Part shown: positions 26,428-37,712 of the stretch, piece after piece
Layout: every line of letters starts with the position of its first letter
Position numbering within the stretch: the stretch's first letter is position 1
Assembly (NCBI GenBank): GCA_973851085.1
Contig: OZ316776.1
Span: forward strand, 13,330,001 to 13,394,000
Origin: Ptychomitrium polyphyllum
Lineage: Eukaryota
Direction: 5' to 3'
DNA: 64,000 nucleotides
Program-made: the position numbers and the translations under genes
Notes under the pieces: model-generated
Told to the model about the DNA's origin: nothing
The model's input: the letters and a program-made list of their open reading frames with translations, nothing else
Database searches by the model: none

Positions 26428-27571
26428 TGTCGCAACCCTTATAATGCACCTTAGCAAGCGTTACGCGCATCAACCCTGTATACCCCCACATGCACATGGT
26501 TAACCCCCATTTTCACTTTCCAAGTCTTTCTACCATTTCTCTTAGGACACCCAATTTATTAGTAGCCAATGGTTAGGTGCGGACTTTCATTCATGTCCAA
26601 GGCCTCTTTGGTATCACTCCCATTCCATACGGCCTAACCGCACTTAGTGGTGTCTCCTCACCACCACTCATGATCTTCATGTGATCCTAAAATCACCCCG
26701 GGCCATCACGGTGCCAACATGAAGACACCACCTCAACTTAGTGGTAGCAAGTGTACCCTTTTGAACGTGCTAGTTCCCTCCGTGAAACCGGCCGTCCACC
26801 GGCTCACAATGGTGTAGGAGTCCCCGTGGTGAAGCCCCAACACTAGCTCCACCAACCGGAATTCACCCTTAGTTTCTACCAAGATACTTAGGGAGTGGAG
26901 AGGGGGACCAGCCCTCCCCTATAATACTCTCTCTAGGATTCGGCAGGCCCCCTAGCCCTCTGTAGCTGGCTGAACCCCGACACATCCAAACTTTTGGAAG
27001 ACCAGCCGATCTCCCTTGGGACTTAGCCGCTGGAAGCCTCCGGGACTCCCTGCGGACCTTTGGAGAGCCATATCTTCCTCATCCGGTGTCCGAATGTATC
27101 AAGCAACTACTCTATCGTCATCTACTCTTTGCGTAGATGCCGATAGACTCCTCAAACGTCCAATTTGAGTTAGTATTGTGGGAGATACGCCTCTCCCAAG
27201 GTTCGGAACTCCTGGGGAGTTCCTCTCTAGACTGTCCCACTCCAGTACAGTCATTGTGTAGGGCTGCCACAGTCCAGAACATTCCCTTGGCAACCTCAAC
27301 TTTGGGATGCTATAACCTTTAGCTCCCTAGTCCGATTTGAGCAATCTTTAGCATTCTAGAATCAGCTCTTTGTGATTCTTCCAATGTCTACGATTAATCC
27401 CTCGTGGCCTTTGGTCTACATGGATAAGGATGTTTCTCCCTTTAGAAGTTCTGCCTACACTAGGCCCACTCGATTCCTTTCACTATCGGCGCCACAAGTC
27501 TTGAACATCACTCTGGGGTCCTCCTTGTACCCTTAGTGTTGCGGGCACTTGTAAAGGAAAGGTGCGCAATA
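26428..27571. mobile_element. ~1.14 kb GC-richer LTR-like element of a second family, interrupting the integrase
   Basis: Begins TGTCGCAACCC exactly where integrase homology stops and ends GTGCGCAATA. Its right half (~27032-27571) recurs, diverged, at ~29426-29945 ending GTGTGCAACA. No matching target-site duplication. Confidence 0.65.
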
Positions 27572-27803
27572 TTGGCATACCTTAATGTACTAGTTGCCAT
27601 CCCAAGTGTTGTTTTTGGCGCCTCTCAAATAATTTATTGTCACATACTATTTTGGTTGGTGTTTTCAAAAGTAGATGCCAATGCTTCCTTGAGAACATCT
27701 AAATTGTTCAATAGTGGTGATTGTTTTTTCAATAATAGTGCAAACTACAATAGTGCGTTGTTTGATAGAAGAGTGGCTCCAAATCCTACTTGAGTTGTGC
27801 CAT
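27572..27803 (-). pseudogene. Retrotransposon gag fragment
   Basis: Minus-strand TQVGFGATLLSNNALL*FALLLKKQSPLLNNLDVLKEALASTFE resembles Gypsy Retrotrans_gag and the gag remnant near 42030-42140. Confidence 0.65.
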
Positions 27804-29418
27804 TATCATAAACATAGATCATACAATAAATTCTTAGAACATTTTAGAACCTTCTAGTATATTATAATAGCTTCTTAGAATACTTTTAGATGTCTCCATA
27901 GTCTTTCCATGTTCTTAGGAAGCTTCCTAGGAAAGTTCCTCCATCTTACAAAACTTCCGAAGAAGGTTCTATTATCTTAAGTAACTTCCTACAAAGATTC
28001 CATCACCTTAGGAAACTTCGTAGGAAGGTTCCATCATCTTAGAAACTTCCTGTGAAAGTTCCACCACCTTAGGAAATTTCCAAAGAAGGTTCCAACATTT
28101 TAGAAAACTTTCATTACAAGTTCCACTTCCTTAAAAGCTTCTTAGGAAGGTTCCAATATCTTAGGAAACTTTCATTACAAGTTCCACTTCCTTAAAAGCT
28201 TCTTATGAAGGTTCCAATATCTTAGGAAACTTCTTAGGAAGGTTCCCTAGACTTCTAGAACATTCTTAAGCCTTGTAGGAAGCTTATTTAGAAGTATCTT
28301 AAGAAATACAAACGTCATAGTATAAATAAGAGGCAAAACAAGGTATTCCTTAGTCTTGCCAACACAAGTTGTAGATCATCTTGAATCTTGCCTTGTTCTA
28401 GTCTTTGTATCAAAGATTTTGTTAATCATTAGCTTTTTGGAAGCTAATTCTTGGAAAACACTTTGTTTTTGCTTCTTGTTTCTTGTGTCTCTAACAACCA
28501 TGAAGATAGCGAGATTGATGCAAACTAAGGAAGAGCCTTATTTGTTGAACAAAGCCTCTCAACTTTGATCTTGATCCATCAAACTTGTCTTGTATACTAA
28601 TCTTTGGCTCAACATGCTTTTAATGTAAGTCTTTTCTTCTAATAGTTGCAAACTTATTCTCCAATGTCTTAGGCACGTTATCCATTATTTAAGACTGTCA
28701 AAGACAAGAAGACTATGAATATCTTCAAAGGAAGTTAATCCACGTCCTTTGAAAGATTGATCCTTTTTCAAAAGAAGTAGTACTTGCTTTTAGAAAAAGA
28801 AACCAATTTATGGTGCTAGTTTAGAGGAAGGTAATCCGCAACCTCTAACGTGCTATGGAATCCTAAAGAAGATGGATAATCCATTATTTTCTTCAAAGAA
28901 CCTTAGCTTTGAAAAAGATGAAGAGTAGTCTTGCCAAACTATTATGAACATAAGAAACAAGAAGCAAAAACAAAGGGTTTTCCAAGAATTAGCTTCCAAA
29001 GAGTTAATGATTAATAAGAATCTGATACAAAGACTAGAGCAAGGCATGATACAATATAATCTACAACTTATATTGGCAAGACTAAGGAATATTTTGTCTT
29101 GTCTTCTATTTATACTATGACGCTTATATCTTATAAGATACTTTGAAAGAAGCTTCCTATAAGGCTTAAGAATATTCTAGAAGTCTATGGAACCTTTTTA
29201 AGAAGTTTCTTGAGGTGGTAAAACTTTCTTAAAGTATTTTCTGAAGTGATGGAATCTTCTAAGAAGTCTTCTAAGGTAGCAAATTTTTTTAGGAAATTTC
29301 TTGGAAACATATAAACGGCTATATAGTGAATTGAAAGTATTCTAAGAAGCTACTATAATATACTAGAAGGTTTGTAGAAGGTTTTTATGGCTATGTTGCA
29401 TGATCTGTGTTTGTAACA
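27804..29418. mobile_element. Inverted copy of the LTR/leader/LTR block at 23086-24729 (LTR + at 27804-28496; older LTR - ending at 29418)
   Basis: ORF pairs 23486..23680(+)/28853..29047(-) and 23965..24177(-)/28356..28568(+) translate identically; paired coordinates sum to 52533. Confidence 0.92.
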
Positions 29419-29425
29419 GCCATTA

Positions 29426-29945
29426 GGAGCCTTTAGAACTTTCTACCAACCTTCAAGTTCCCATATCTTCTAATCCGATCTCTTAATCTATTAAGCAACT
29501 TTTCTATTGTCATTACTCTTCACGTAGATGCCGAAAGACTCCTCAAACCTCTAATTTGAGTTATTATTTAGGAAAATATGCCTCTTCCAAAGTTGAGGAC
29601 TTCCAGGGAGTTGCATTTTGTACTGTTACAAACCAGTACAGTCACAGTTCTGAACAGCCCCTAGCGAGCCTCAATTTTTGGATTCCGTATCTTCTAGCTT
29701 TATTATCCGATTTGAGCAATTCTTAGCATTCTAAAATCAACTCGTCATAAGGCATCTAATGCCTATGACTTCTCCTTTGTGGCTCTTAGTCTTTGTTAGT
29801 AAGGATGATCTCCCCTTAGGGTCCTTTCCCACACCAAGCCCACTCGGATCACCTCATCATAGGTGCCACAAGTCTCGGATTTCACTCTAGGATCTCCCTT
29901 GTGCCCTTAGTGTTGCGGACACTTCTCAAGAAGATGTGTGCAACA
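29426..29945. mobile_element. Truncated, diverged copy of the second-family LTR
   Basis: Colinear with ~27032-27571, e.g. CGTAGATGCCGA.AGACTCCTCAAAC, TCCGATTTGAGCAAT and CCCTTAGTGTTGCGG. Confidence 0.75.
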
Positions 29946-30834
29946 AACTCATGGTCATAGGTGACTTATCCTAGTTTAAGATTTAGATTTTTATTATTGA
30001 ATATTGATTATTTTAGAAGCAATCATCTTCTAGTAGAATGTGGTTAATATTACCTTTTAGAATTAGTACTGTAACGTTCACCAAAATTAACAATTATTGA
30101 CAATTTGTTAAAAACGGTTCTAAGAGGTTTTAGAATCAATTTTCCTTCAACATGACTCCTTACTTAGATATTTATCAACTTATTTATGGTAATAATATAG
30201 GTGCTATAACACCATACAGAAATATTGTAGTAGGTAACAAGGTTAAAACCATCAAAACTTACAAATTTTAATATTATCTGTTAAAATAAGTGAAGTTTGC
30301 CAGAAATTTATAAAAGGGAATTTAACAATCCTATGTAATGCACAATGTTATGGAGGAGTAGAGCGACCATTCAACCTAGTAATCGTGTACTCTCGTCGGG
30401 TAATACTCTGGTGATCGTCTTCATACGAGATCCTATTGCTGGATTTCCAACTTTCGAAATACAACCCAAACTTGTCCAGCAAGTTTGGTGCGCGACATTT
30501 GGAATCCCATTCGTCCATGAAGGTGGAACGGATGGACGACGAACATAGCAGCGAACGGAGAAACCATGTGCAGAACGAACAGAGGATGAAAAATGCAGGC
30601 CAACGGAAGAACGTCGGAGGGACAACGTAGGGCTTGGCGCTGCCGATGCTCGTAAAGGGGGTTTCGGTGCACAATTGGAGGCATCGGTGTGTCATTTGTG
30701 ATCTGTCGCACTTTCGGTGAAGTGCGCGTTCGTCTGGTTCCTCGATTCCGACCTCGAGCTAGGGTTTCAAAGAACCGAGTCATCTTTATTTACGGGAGTG
30801 GAGTTGGCGTTGTCGGAGCGGCGGAGGTGGTACA

Positions 30835-31548
30835 ATGTCGACGCCCGATCATGCGCGGGAGCCGTGTCCGGACCGGATACTGGACGACATCGGGGGCGCG
30901 TTCAGCATGGGGGCGGTCGGGGGTTCGGCGTGGCATTTCATCAAGGGGATGAAGAATTCGCCGAAGGGGGAGCGCTTGATGGGCGGGACGCAGGCGGTGC
31001 GCCTGAACGCGCCCAGAATTGGAGGCAGCTTTGCGGTGTGGGGAGGTTTGTTCAGTACCTTTGATTGCTCCATGGTGTACTTGCGCCAGAAGGAGGATCC
31101 GTGGAACTCGATCGCGGCTGGTGCGGCCACCGGAGGGTTTCTGCAGCTTCGGGCGGGTGCGAGATCGGCTGCAAGGTCGGCGATCTTTGGAGGCGTGTTG
31201 TTAGGGTTAATTGAGGGCGCTGGGATTATGTTGAATAGGATGATGGCAAATCTGGCGCAGCCGCCGCCCATGGAGGAAATGCCGCAAATTACTGGAGCTG
31301 CGGCGGGGATTGGATATCCTGGTGGAGCGTATCCGGATTTCGCAGGCGCTGGCGGGCCTTCTTCTCCACAATATTCGCAATCGTACCCTGAGCAAAGACC
31401 CGTTTCGGAGCCGGAGACATCGAGCGGAGGTTTCTTTGGTGGATGGTTTGGAGGAAAGAAGGAGGAGGCTCAGCCGGTTAGAAGCGAGAAGCTGGACAGC
31501 TTCGATGCAAATCCCGCGCCCCCGACACCAGGTTTTGATCTGAAGTGA
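30835..31548 (+). CDS. TIM17: Mitochondrial inner-membrane translocase subunit TIM17, intronless, with plant-type C-terminal extension
   Basis: MSTPDHAREPCPDRILDDIGGAFSMGAVGGS, APRIGGSFAVWGGLFSTFDC, RQKEDPWNSI and LIEGAGIMLNR are the Tim17 signature. Confidence 0.96.
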   Translation: MSTPDHAREPCPDRILDDIGGAFSMGAVGGSAWHFIKGMKNSPKGERLMGGTQAVRLNAPRIGGSFAVWGGLFSTFDCSMVYLRQKEDPWNSIAAGAATGGFLQLRAGARSAARSAIFGGVLLGLIEGAGIMLNRMMANLAQPPPMEEMPQITGAAAGIGYPGGAYPDFAGAGGPSSPQYSQSYPEQRPVSEPETSSGGFFGGWFGGKKEEAQPVRSEKLDSFDANPAPPTPGFDLK

Positions 31549-33012
31549 GGCTCTGTTTTCTTTTCTTTTCTTCCTTTCCTTGTCCTGCGGGAAAAGAACT
31601 GGTTTAATAGACATGTGAGGTCACTTGAATTTTTATCAGGAGATTCCATGACTACCCTACAGTTTTGACAGTTTGCCTTAAGGCAATTTTAGCAGATAGA
31701 GCATTCTTTGTCGTTGTATGATGAAAATCATAGCTTATGCATAGTTCAAACACAAGAGTGATGTGAATTCCTTTTACGGGCGCTTCTTCATACATCAGGA
31801 ATTGCCATTAATTCCATATATCATTAGCACCTTTAAATGTTCAAATCGTCTCTTGTCAATGAATTTTTCACCAACTACGGAATCGTGAGAAGACAATTTT
31901 TCGGTTTACTTCCTGTTCATGTCGGGACCTGGCTTTCACATGCATTAATCATGTACACTTTGTTTTGAGGATGGTTAGACAGTAGCCTTGTTTTCACATG
32001 GTTAAGACTTTTAATACGTAAACGGCATGAAGTAGGTTATGATTTCCAAATTTGCTTTCATCGTGTAATCAATCCAACAGACTCGTTTTTCAAGAGGGAC
32101 AGTTGTTATTAGTTTGCCCAAAGATTTAGATCATCTCGAGTGATTTTAGCCTTGTGTTCCAGAATGTGAACCGTGTGAAATTTAGATGCTGTGTCGAGGT
32201 GCATGCTTAGAAGGCGAGCAGATACTATAGTAGGAGCATGTGTTTATGACAAACCGGTTTCAGTTTATATGAGGCCTTTTCTGGAAAGAAAGAATTTGCT
32301 AGGCAGACTGTTATTGTGAGATCTGGTAATGTATCCCGGCAATACCCTCTTTACCAAGGTAGTACATAAATGAATGCTGAAGCTCTTTTTCCTTCCCAAT
32401 GGATGCTGAAAGCAATTCTTACAATCAAATGTGAAGACCTGGATCTAGGCTTCTCAAAATCGCTGTTCTTTTAATCTCTCGGAGGTTTAAGAGGGCAAAA
32501 AGCTTGTAGCTTTACTGCGTGGTACAATTTTCTACAAGCTTGGCAAGCTTCGAAGCTAGGTATTCATTGCCAGCATCTCAAATAATAGCGGAGTGTAGTA
32601 GAAGCAGATGGGACAACGGACCAGCATTTATACTTCATCATTTATTGTTTACAGAAAAATTGCAATGCAGTGAGAGAAAGTTACACAAATCACTTCAATT
32701 AATCCTGCTACAGGGTGTCACACCTCACTGGCTCATTTCAGACATTGAAAGCATGGTAAAAAGTGTAGATGAGAAATGGTTTGTATATATGACAACCGTT
32801 TCTTCCTATTTTGGAACATGAGGAGATTTTTCATGACTTAAATTTATCATGCTTTTTGTCCTGCGAGAATGTTTCACAAAATATTGTAACACCTCTATCA
32901 AGAAACAACAAAAATAATAATGATCTTCAATTAGGTTGAATTACAATTATTATTGAAACTTGAATAAATATTAATTCAATTGTTAAATTATTTAGTATGT
33001 ATTGGCCATCCA

Positions 33013-33085
33013 TCTTCTTCATTATGAAGTATGAAGCCCATTTTCTTCATTTTCTTCATTATGAATTATGAAGCCCATTTTCTTC
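33013..33085. repeat. Short tandem duplication (CTTCATTATGAA.TATGAAGCCCATTTTCTT x2)
   Basis: Two adjacent near-identical units read directly. Confidence 0.8.
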
Positions 33086-35881
33086 TTTATTCAAAAGTAA
33101 ATAGAGGGTGAATATGGTACATACCTTGTCTTTCATCATGAAGAAGCTATTATTAAGAGATATTTTTCATTTGCCAATTTCAAAGTTCACTTAATAGAAT
33201 CATTTTAGTTATTTATCAAGCGTGGTTACTTAACAATGAATATTTAATTTACTTTTAACTCCCTATAATATTTTAACATCCACTTTTGTAACTAGGCTTA
33301 CTTCATTTGGCTTTTTAAGCAAGCAATACAAGCACATATTTTAAAGGTGACTTAAAACCACAATATATCAGTAACAATTTTAAAATACCATATATTTTAT
33401 ATACTTTTATAGATTTAAGGCTTATTAAATTTTAAGAAAGTAGCATTTTAATCTATGTGTTTGCAGTTTTAAACTTTTGAATTAATGCTTGATTAGTTCA
33501 AATCCCATACTGAATTGCAAGGACACGTTTCAAGTTCTGCAACTTCCCCTGCTCTTTCCTTTCCGGTACCAAATATGATCAAACACGTGGAACTATTACA
33601 AGTCTAGAAATCACCTCGCTTGCCGGCTGATGCACTTCTCCATACTGGTTCTGACTTCATAGAGGTGTCTGCTAACCCTAGCAAGCTATGCCTTGCACAG
33701 GGCGCCCGGGGAGCCTTTACGCTCGGGTAAAGCAGAATGACTTTTGACCTTTGACCTTTCCCCTCACTTGTAAATTTAGATTCTTCTGAGGGTACGGTCA
33801 AAACTGATTTTACTTACTGTTATACTTTGTATTCAAGTTGCTAGTGATTGCGGTTCACTATTGTACGTCAGCATTTCATGGCAGGCAGGTGCTCTGCTTA
33901 CTACATGAGAAGTATGGTACCTGGTTGAGTGACCCCACTAATGTTGCCACCGATTTGCTCAAAGTCCTGGCCTACGAACCTGTACTGAGGTCCCCTTGTG
34001 AAGGTCCTCTTCAAGTTGGCCAAATATGAGAACAATGTGTTAAGAGGTAGGAGACGATTTTCCACGTTTCACATCTTCGTAAACTAAAGCGTATAACAAT
34101 TATGACTTCAATCTTTGCGAGTCCAGACCACCAAAACCTGGATTAAAGGACCTGGCAGCCTGAGAATTTGAGTCGAAATTTGGCTAAACTTGTAGAGGTG
34201 CAATTCAAAAATTCAAGTATTTAATCGACTTTCCACCATCTGCTTACTCAACCACTAAGGGTCGTGCTTAACCTGCTCCATAATTATAATGTGCTCCTCG
34301 ACTAAGAACTTTTTCAATGAGCCCCTGATGGTCTTCACATGGTATGAAATACGGACTACAGCAGAATGCGAAATGGGAGACTGATACGTTGGCATTACAA
34401 AGAACAGATATACAATTGCGTGGTCACTGTTCCAGGATTACAAAAATAATAGTAACGACGCCAGTCAATAAGTCTTGTGCTGTCAAACAAAATTGTATTG
34501 ACACCGTGAAGCGTATAATAAAATGTTAACACAAAGAGAAAATTTCTTATAAGGACGAGGATCCCAGTAAATTCTCATCATGATCCAGTCCCTTATCGAA
34601 GCCCAAGAGAGTACTAAAACACAAGTCGCTAACAATAATCATAGAAACATGCCTCTACAGTAACTCTAGGAAAAGATCGGTATGCGGTTAGGACCCCATC
34701 CGTCGTTTAATGTGAAACTGGAATTGGATAAAAAGCCACATTCACTTCAATCCAAAACTCCTTCCACTCCAGGAGTCTGCGAAACTCCTAGGAAAGACTG
34801 TCCCCACAAGATCAACGAAGACACTAAACATCTTCAACCTTAACAAGACCACATGAAAAACCCTGCCAACCAAAGAGCTTGCGAGCGTCTGACCATAGCT
34901 TCCAATGAGGAGCTATAAAACGAACTTACAAGAACCAGGATAACAAAAATCTAGCTCACAATGATACACAATTACCCAAACTTCCACTTCAGGGTCAACA
35001 ACCACGACAAACATCAAAGTATTCTTGGTCTACAGTGGTGAACCCTACCAGAACTCAAAACTCTCCACACCGCCAAGATCGTGGACCCTCAGTTCCTTCA
35101 CCATCATGGACGAATTTAGCGAGTTCGCAAATGCCAACGTTTCGCAGAAGTAACCGCCACCGAAAACGACTGGAACCATCCATAGCAGAACATAACTGAA
35201 CGCCTCTCTGACTCCCAGCCGATGTGGCACTCGATAGAAGACGGCAGGGTCCCCGTGATCAACATACCTCACCCCATACCAACCCTAAGAACCAAATCCA
35301 TATCATCGCCGGAGTGGAACCCGCGGCCAAGTCCCCCGGTGACCCGTAACACACGCCCAAAGTACGGCACTCCGTGTCGGGATCGTGGCGACGATTCGAT
35401 CCCAGCTCCAGGGTTTTCGCTGCATTACCGAACACGACGTACCCCCACAGCTCAAAGCCTCGAGTGTTGGTTTCGGTGTGTCCACGGTACCCCTTCCATG
35501 GACATGCCCCGTCATCGTTCACCGCGCACGGACCGACCATTGGACACTCGCACAACAGACGACACACAAATCCCTTCCCGGTTCACCAACATGCGCTAGC
35601 ATCACTGCACACACCATCCATTCCGCGATACAAGCTCTGTTCGAACCGAGCATGTCCGAACCTTCAAAACACGACATTGCGACCAGGCACACAGCAATCC
35701 AAACACTCACACGCCACGTCCCCACACAACAACACCGTGCCTCAAGTAGACGACATCAACGGTCATAAGAAGCGACGCTCCTTTCAACTTTACTCGACCG
35801 CAACCTGGGCGAAGTACACTGGACACAGGGCACTCGAAGCTCATTCGAAACCATCAAAAACGTCTACTGTCACCCAACACC

Positions 35882-37641
35882 CTACTTCTTCTCTTCCTTC
35901 TCGGCAGCCTCCGCCTTCTTCTTCCGGACGCCCACCAGCCTCTCGTTCGTCCTCTCCTGCCGCAGCCTGTAGTACCCCTTCTCAGCCTTCATCTCATCGG
36001 TGATGGACACCAACTCCGCAGTCGGTCGGGGCTTCACGATTGGCAGGACTGCTCCGTTCAGCTGGGTCACGCTCGACAACTCCTCAGCGCTTGCGTCGCC
36101 GGCCTGAGGAACACACACCACATTTATCGCATTCAGACCATCCACAGCCATCACACCGACGGCCTATCGCGTCACACTTCGGCGACTGCCGGGGATACTG
36201 ACGCAGGCGGAGGAAGGCAACACAAAACACCCGGGACACTTGCTGCAATCCTGCGAGAAAACACCCACATGGCTTCCGGACTGAACTCTCTAGACAGCCT
36301 GCGTGGATTGCTACTGCCACTACAACCCCACCACTCGCTGGAGAGGTCGTCCACCGAACGATCGAGACACGACGGGACCCACACAACCGCGGGAAGATGC
36401 ACAGGGAGAGGCGGACCACGTGGGACTCCAAAGGGTCTACACCAGGGACGACGCAAACCCAGCCCCACATGAAAGCGGTGACCGGATCGCTGCAACAGAC
36501 ACCGACACAGCAAAGCAGCAATAGAAGCCACATCCAAGGGCCAACACCCGGAACTCTCTCGCACCTTCGTCTTCCGTGAGCGCCTGGGAAACACCACCAG
36601 CTTCGCCCTGTACGTGTTCAGCCGGTTCACATTCTCCTGGAGACTCTCCAGACACCTGTTCTTGCGCCGATGATCGACCGCAATGCCGATGGTCGGTGCA
36701 AGCTTCTTCGAAATGCCAGCGGCCTGACACACCACGAGTCCATTTCTCGTCAGAAACCACAGCGGACATGCACTCCACGAAACCCTAACATACACACCCG
36801 TACATGCACATGCACATGCACAAACACGACCCTCGCTGCTCATCATCACGCACAACCCGACGTCCTCTGACAGTGTCCGCAACCCAGCAAGCGGCACAAT
36901 CGCACAAATGCAGGTCCTTCCATGGCGGCCTCAGCGCATAAAACCGTCAGCGCAGCGACACCGAGTGCCCTAAATCGTGAAACGTACTCCTCGCTCGCAT
37001 CCCCGGGCCCCGGCATCCACAACAACCGACCTCCACGAACCCACAGTAGATTCACCCCTACGGACGCCACTACTGCTAGCTTCGCGGCTCGCGAATCGCA
37101 CAAAGCCGCCCCTCCGATCCTCTCGAACGGCACGCACCGGATGGCGGACAAGAGAACATACCTTCAACTCCTCCAAAGTGAACCCACGTCCAGCACGGAC
37201 CTTGGCGTTGTACCTCAGAGTCTGCGAGTGCACGACGGGTCGAAGAGGACCGGCGGTGGGCCGCGGGAACACAGCCACGGCCTTCTTCTGGCGCACTGCA
37301 CGACCACTCCAACATCAATACATCTCCACTCTGTACCACCCATGCAAGGCCTCCCCTCTGCTCCAATCACACCCCTCTCACTGCAACTACGTGCTTTCCA
37401 AATCACAGCTTGCGGCAACCGCACATCCCCGTCCAATCCACAACCACCTCCGGGCTCGCTCGACTCCGGCGTTCCAACACCGGGCAAATGCAGCCAAGCA
37501 AACCAAGACAACCCTTCCAACAAGATCCGTACCCGTTCTTCTTCTCTTCTTGCGGGCGGGCTGGTTGAACCACGTTCTCACATAGCTCTGCCAGTCCTTC
37601 TTGAAGTGGCCATTCGGGATAACGTTGTTGTGCTTCACCAT
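35882..37641 (-). CDS. RPL13: 60S ribosomal protein L13 (eL13); exons 37641-37533, 37295-37162, 36723-36565, 36103-35882
   Basis: [31 protein letters not shown] / [18 protein letters not shown] / [16 protein letters not shown] / ...AEKEEKK*; GT-AG introns with consistent phase. Confidence 0.97.
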
Positions 37642-37695
37642 GGCTCCAGCCCTGAAAGACACACCATCGTCAGCCTCGTTGCCTCCCAAGCCCCC

Positions 37696-37712
37696 AAACC
37701 CTAAAACCCTAA
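37696..37712. promoter_or_regulatory. Tandem telo-boxes (AAACCCTAA x2) just upstream of the RPL13 ATG; another at 36781-36789 in intron 2
   Basis: Exact motif. Telo-boxes are established elements of plant ribosomal-protein genes. Confidence 0.7.
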
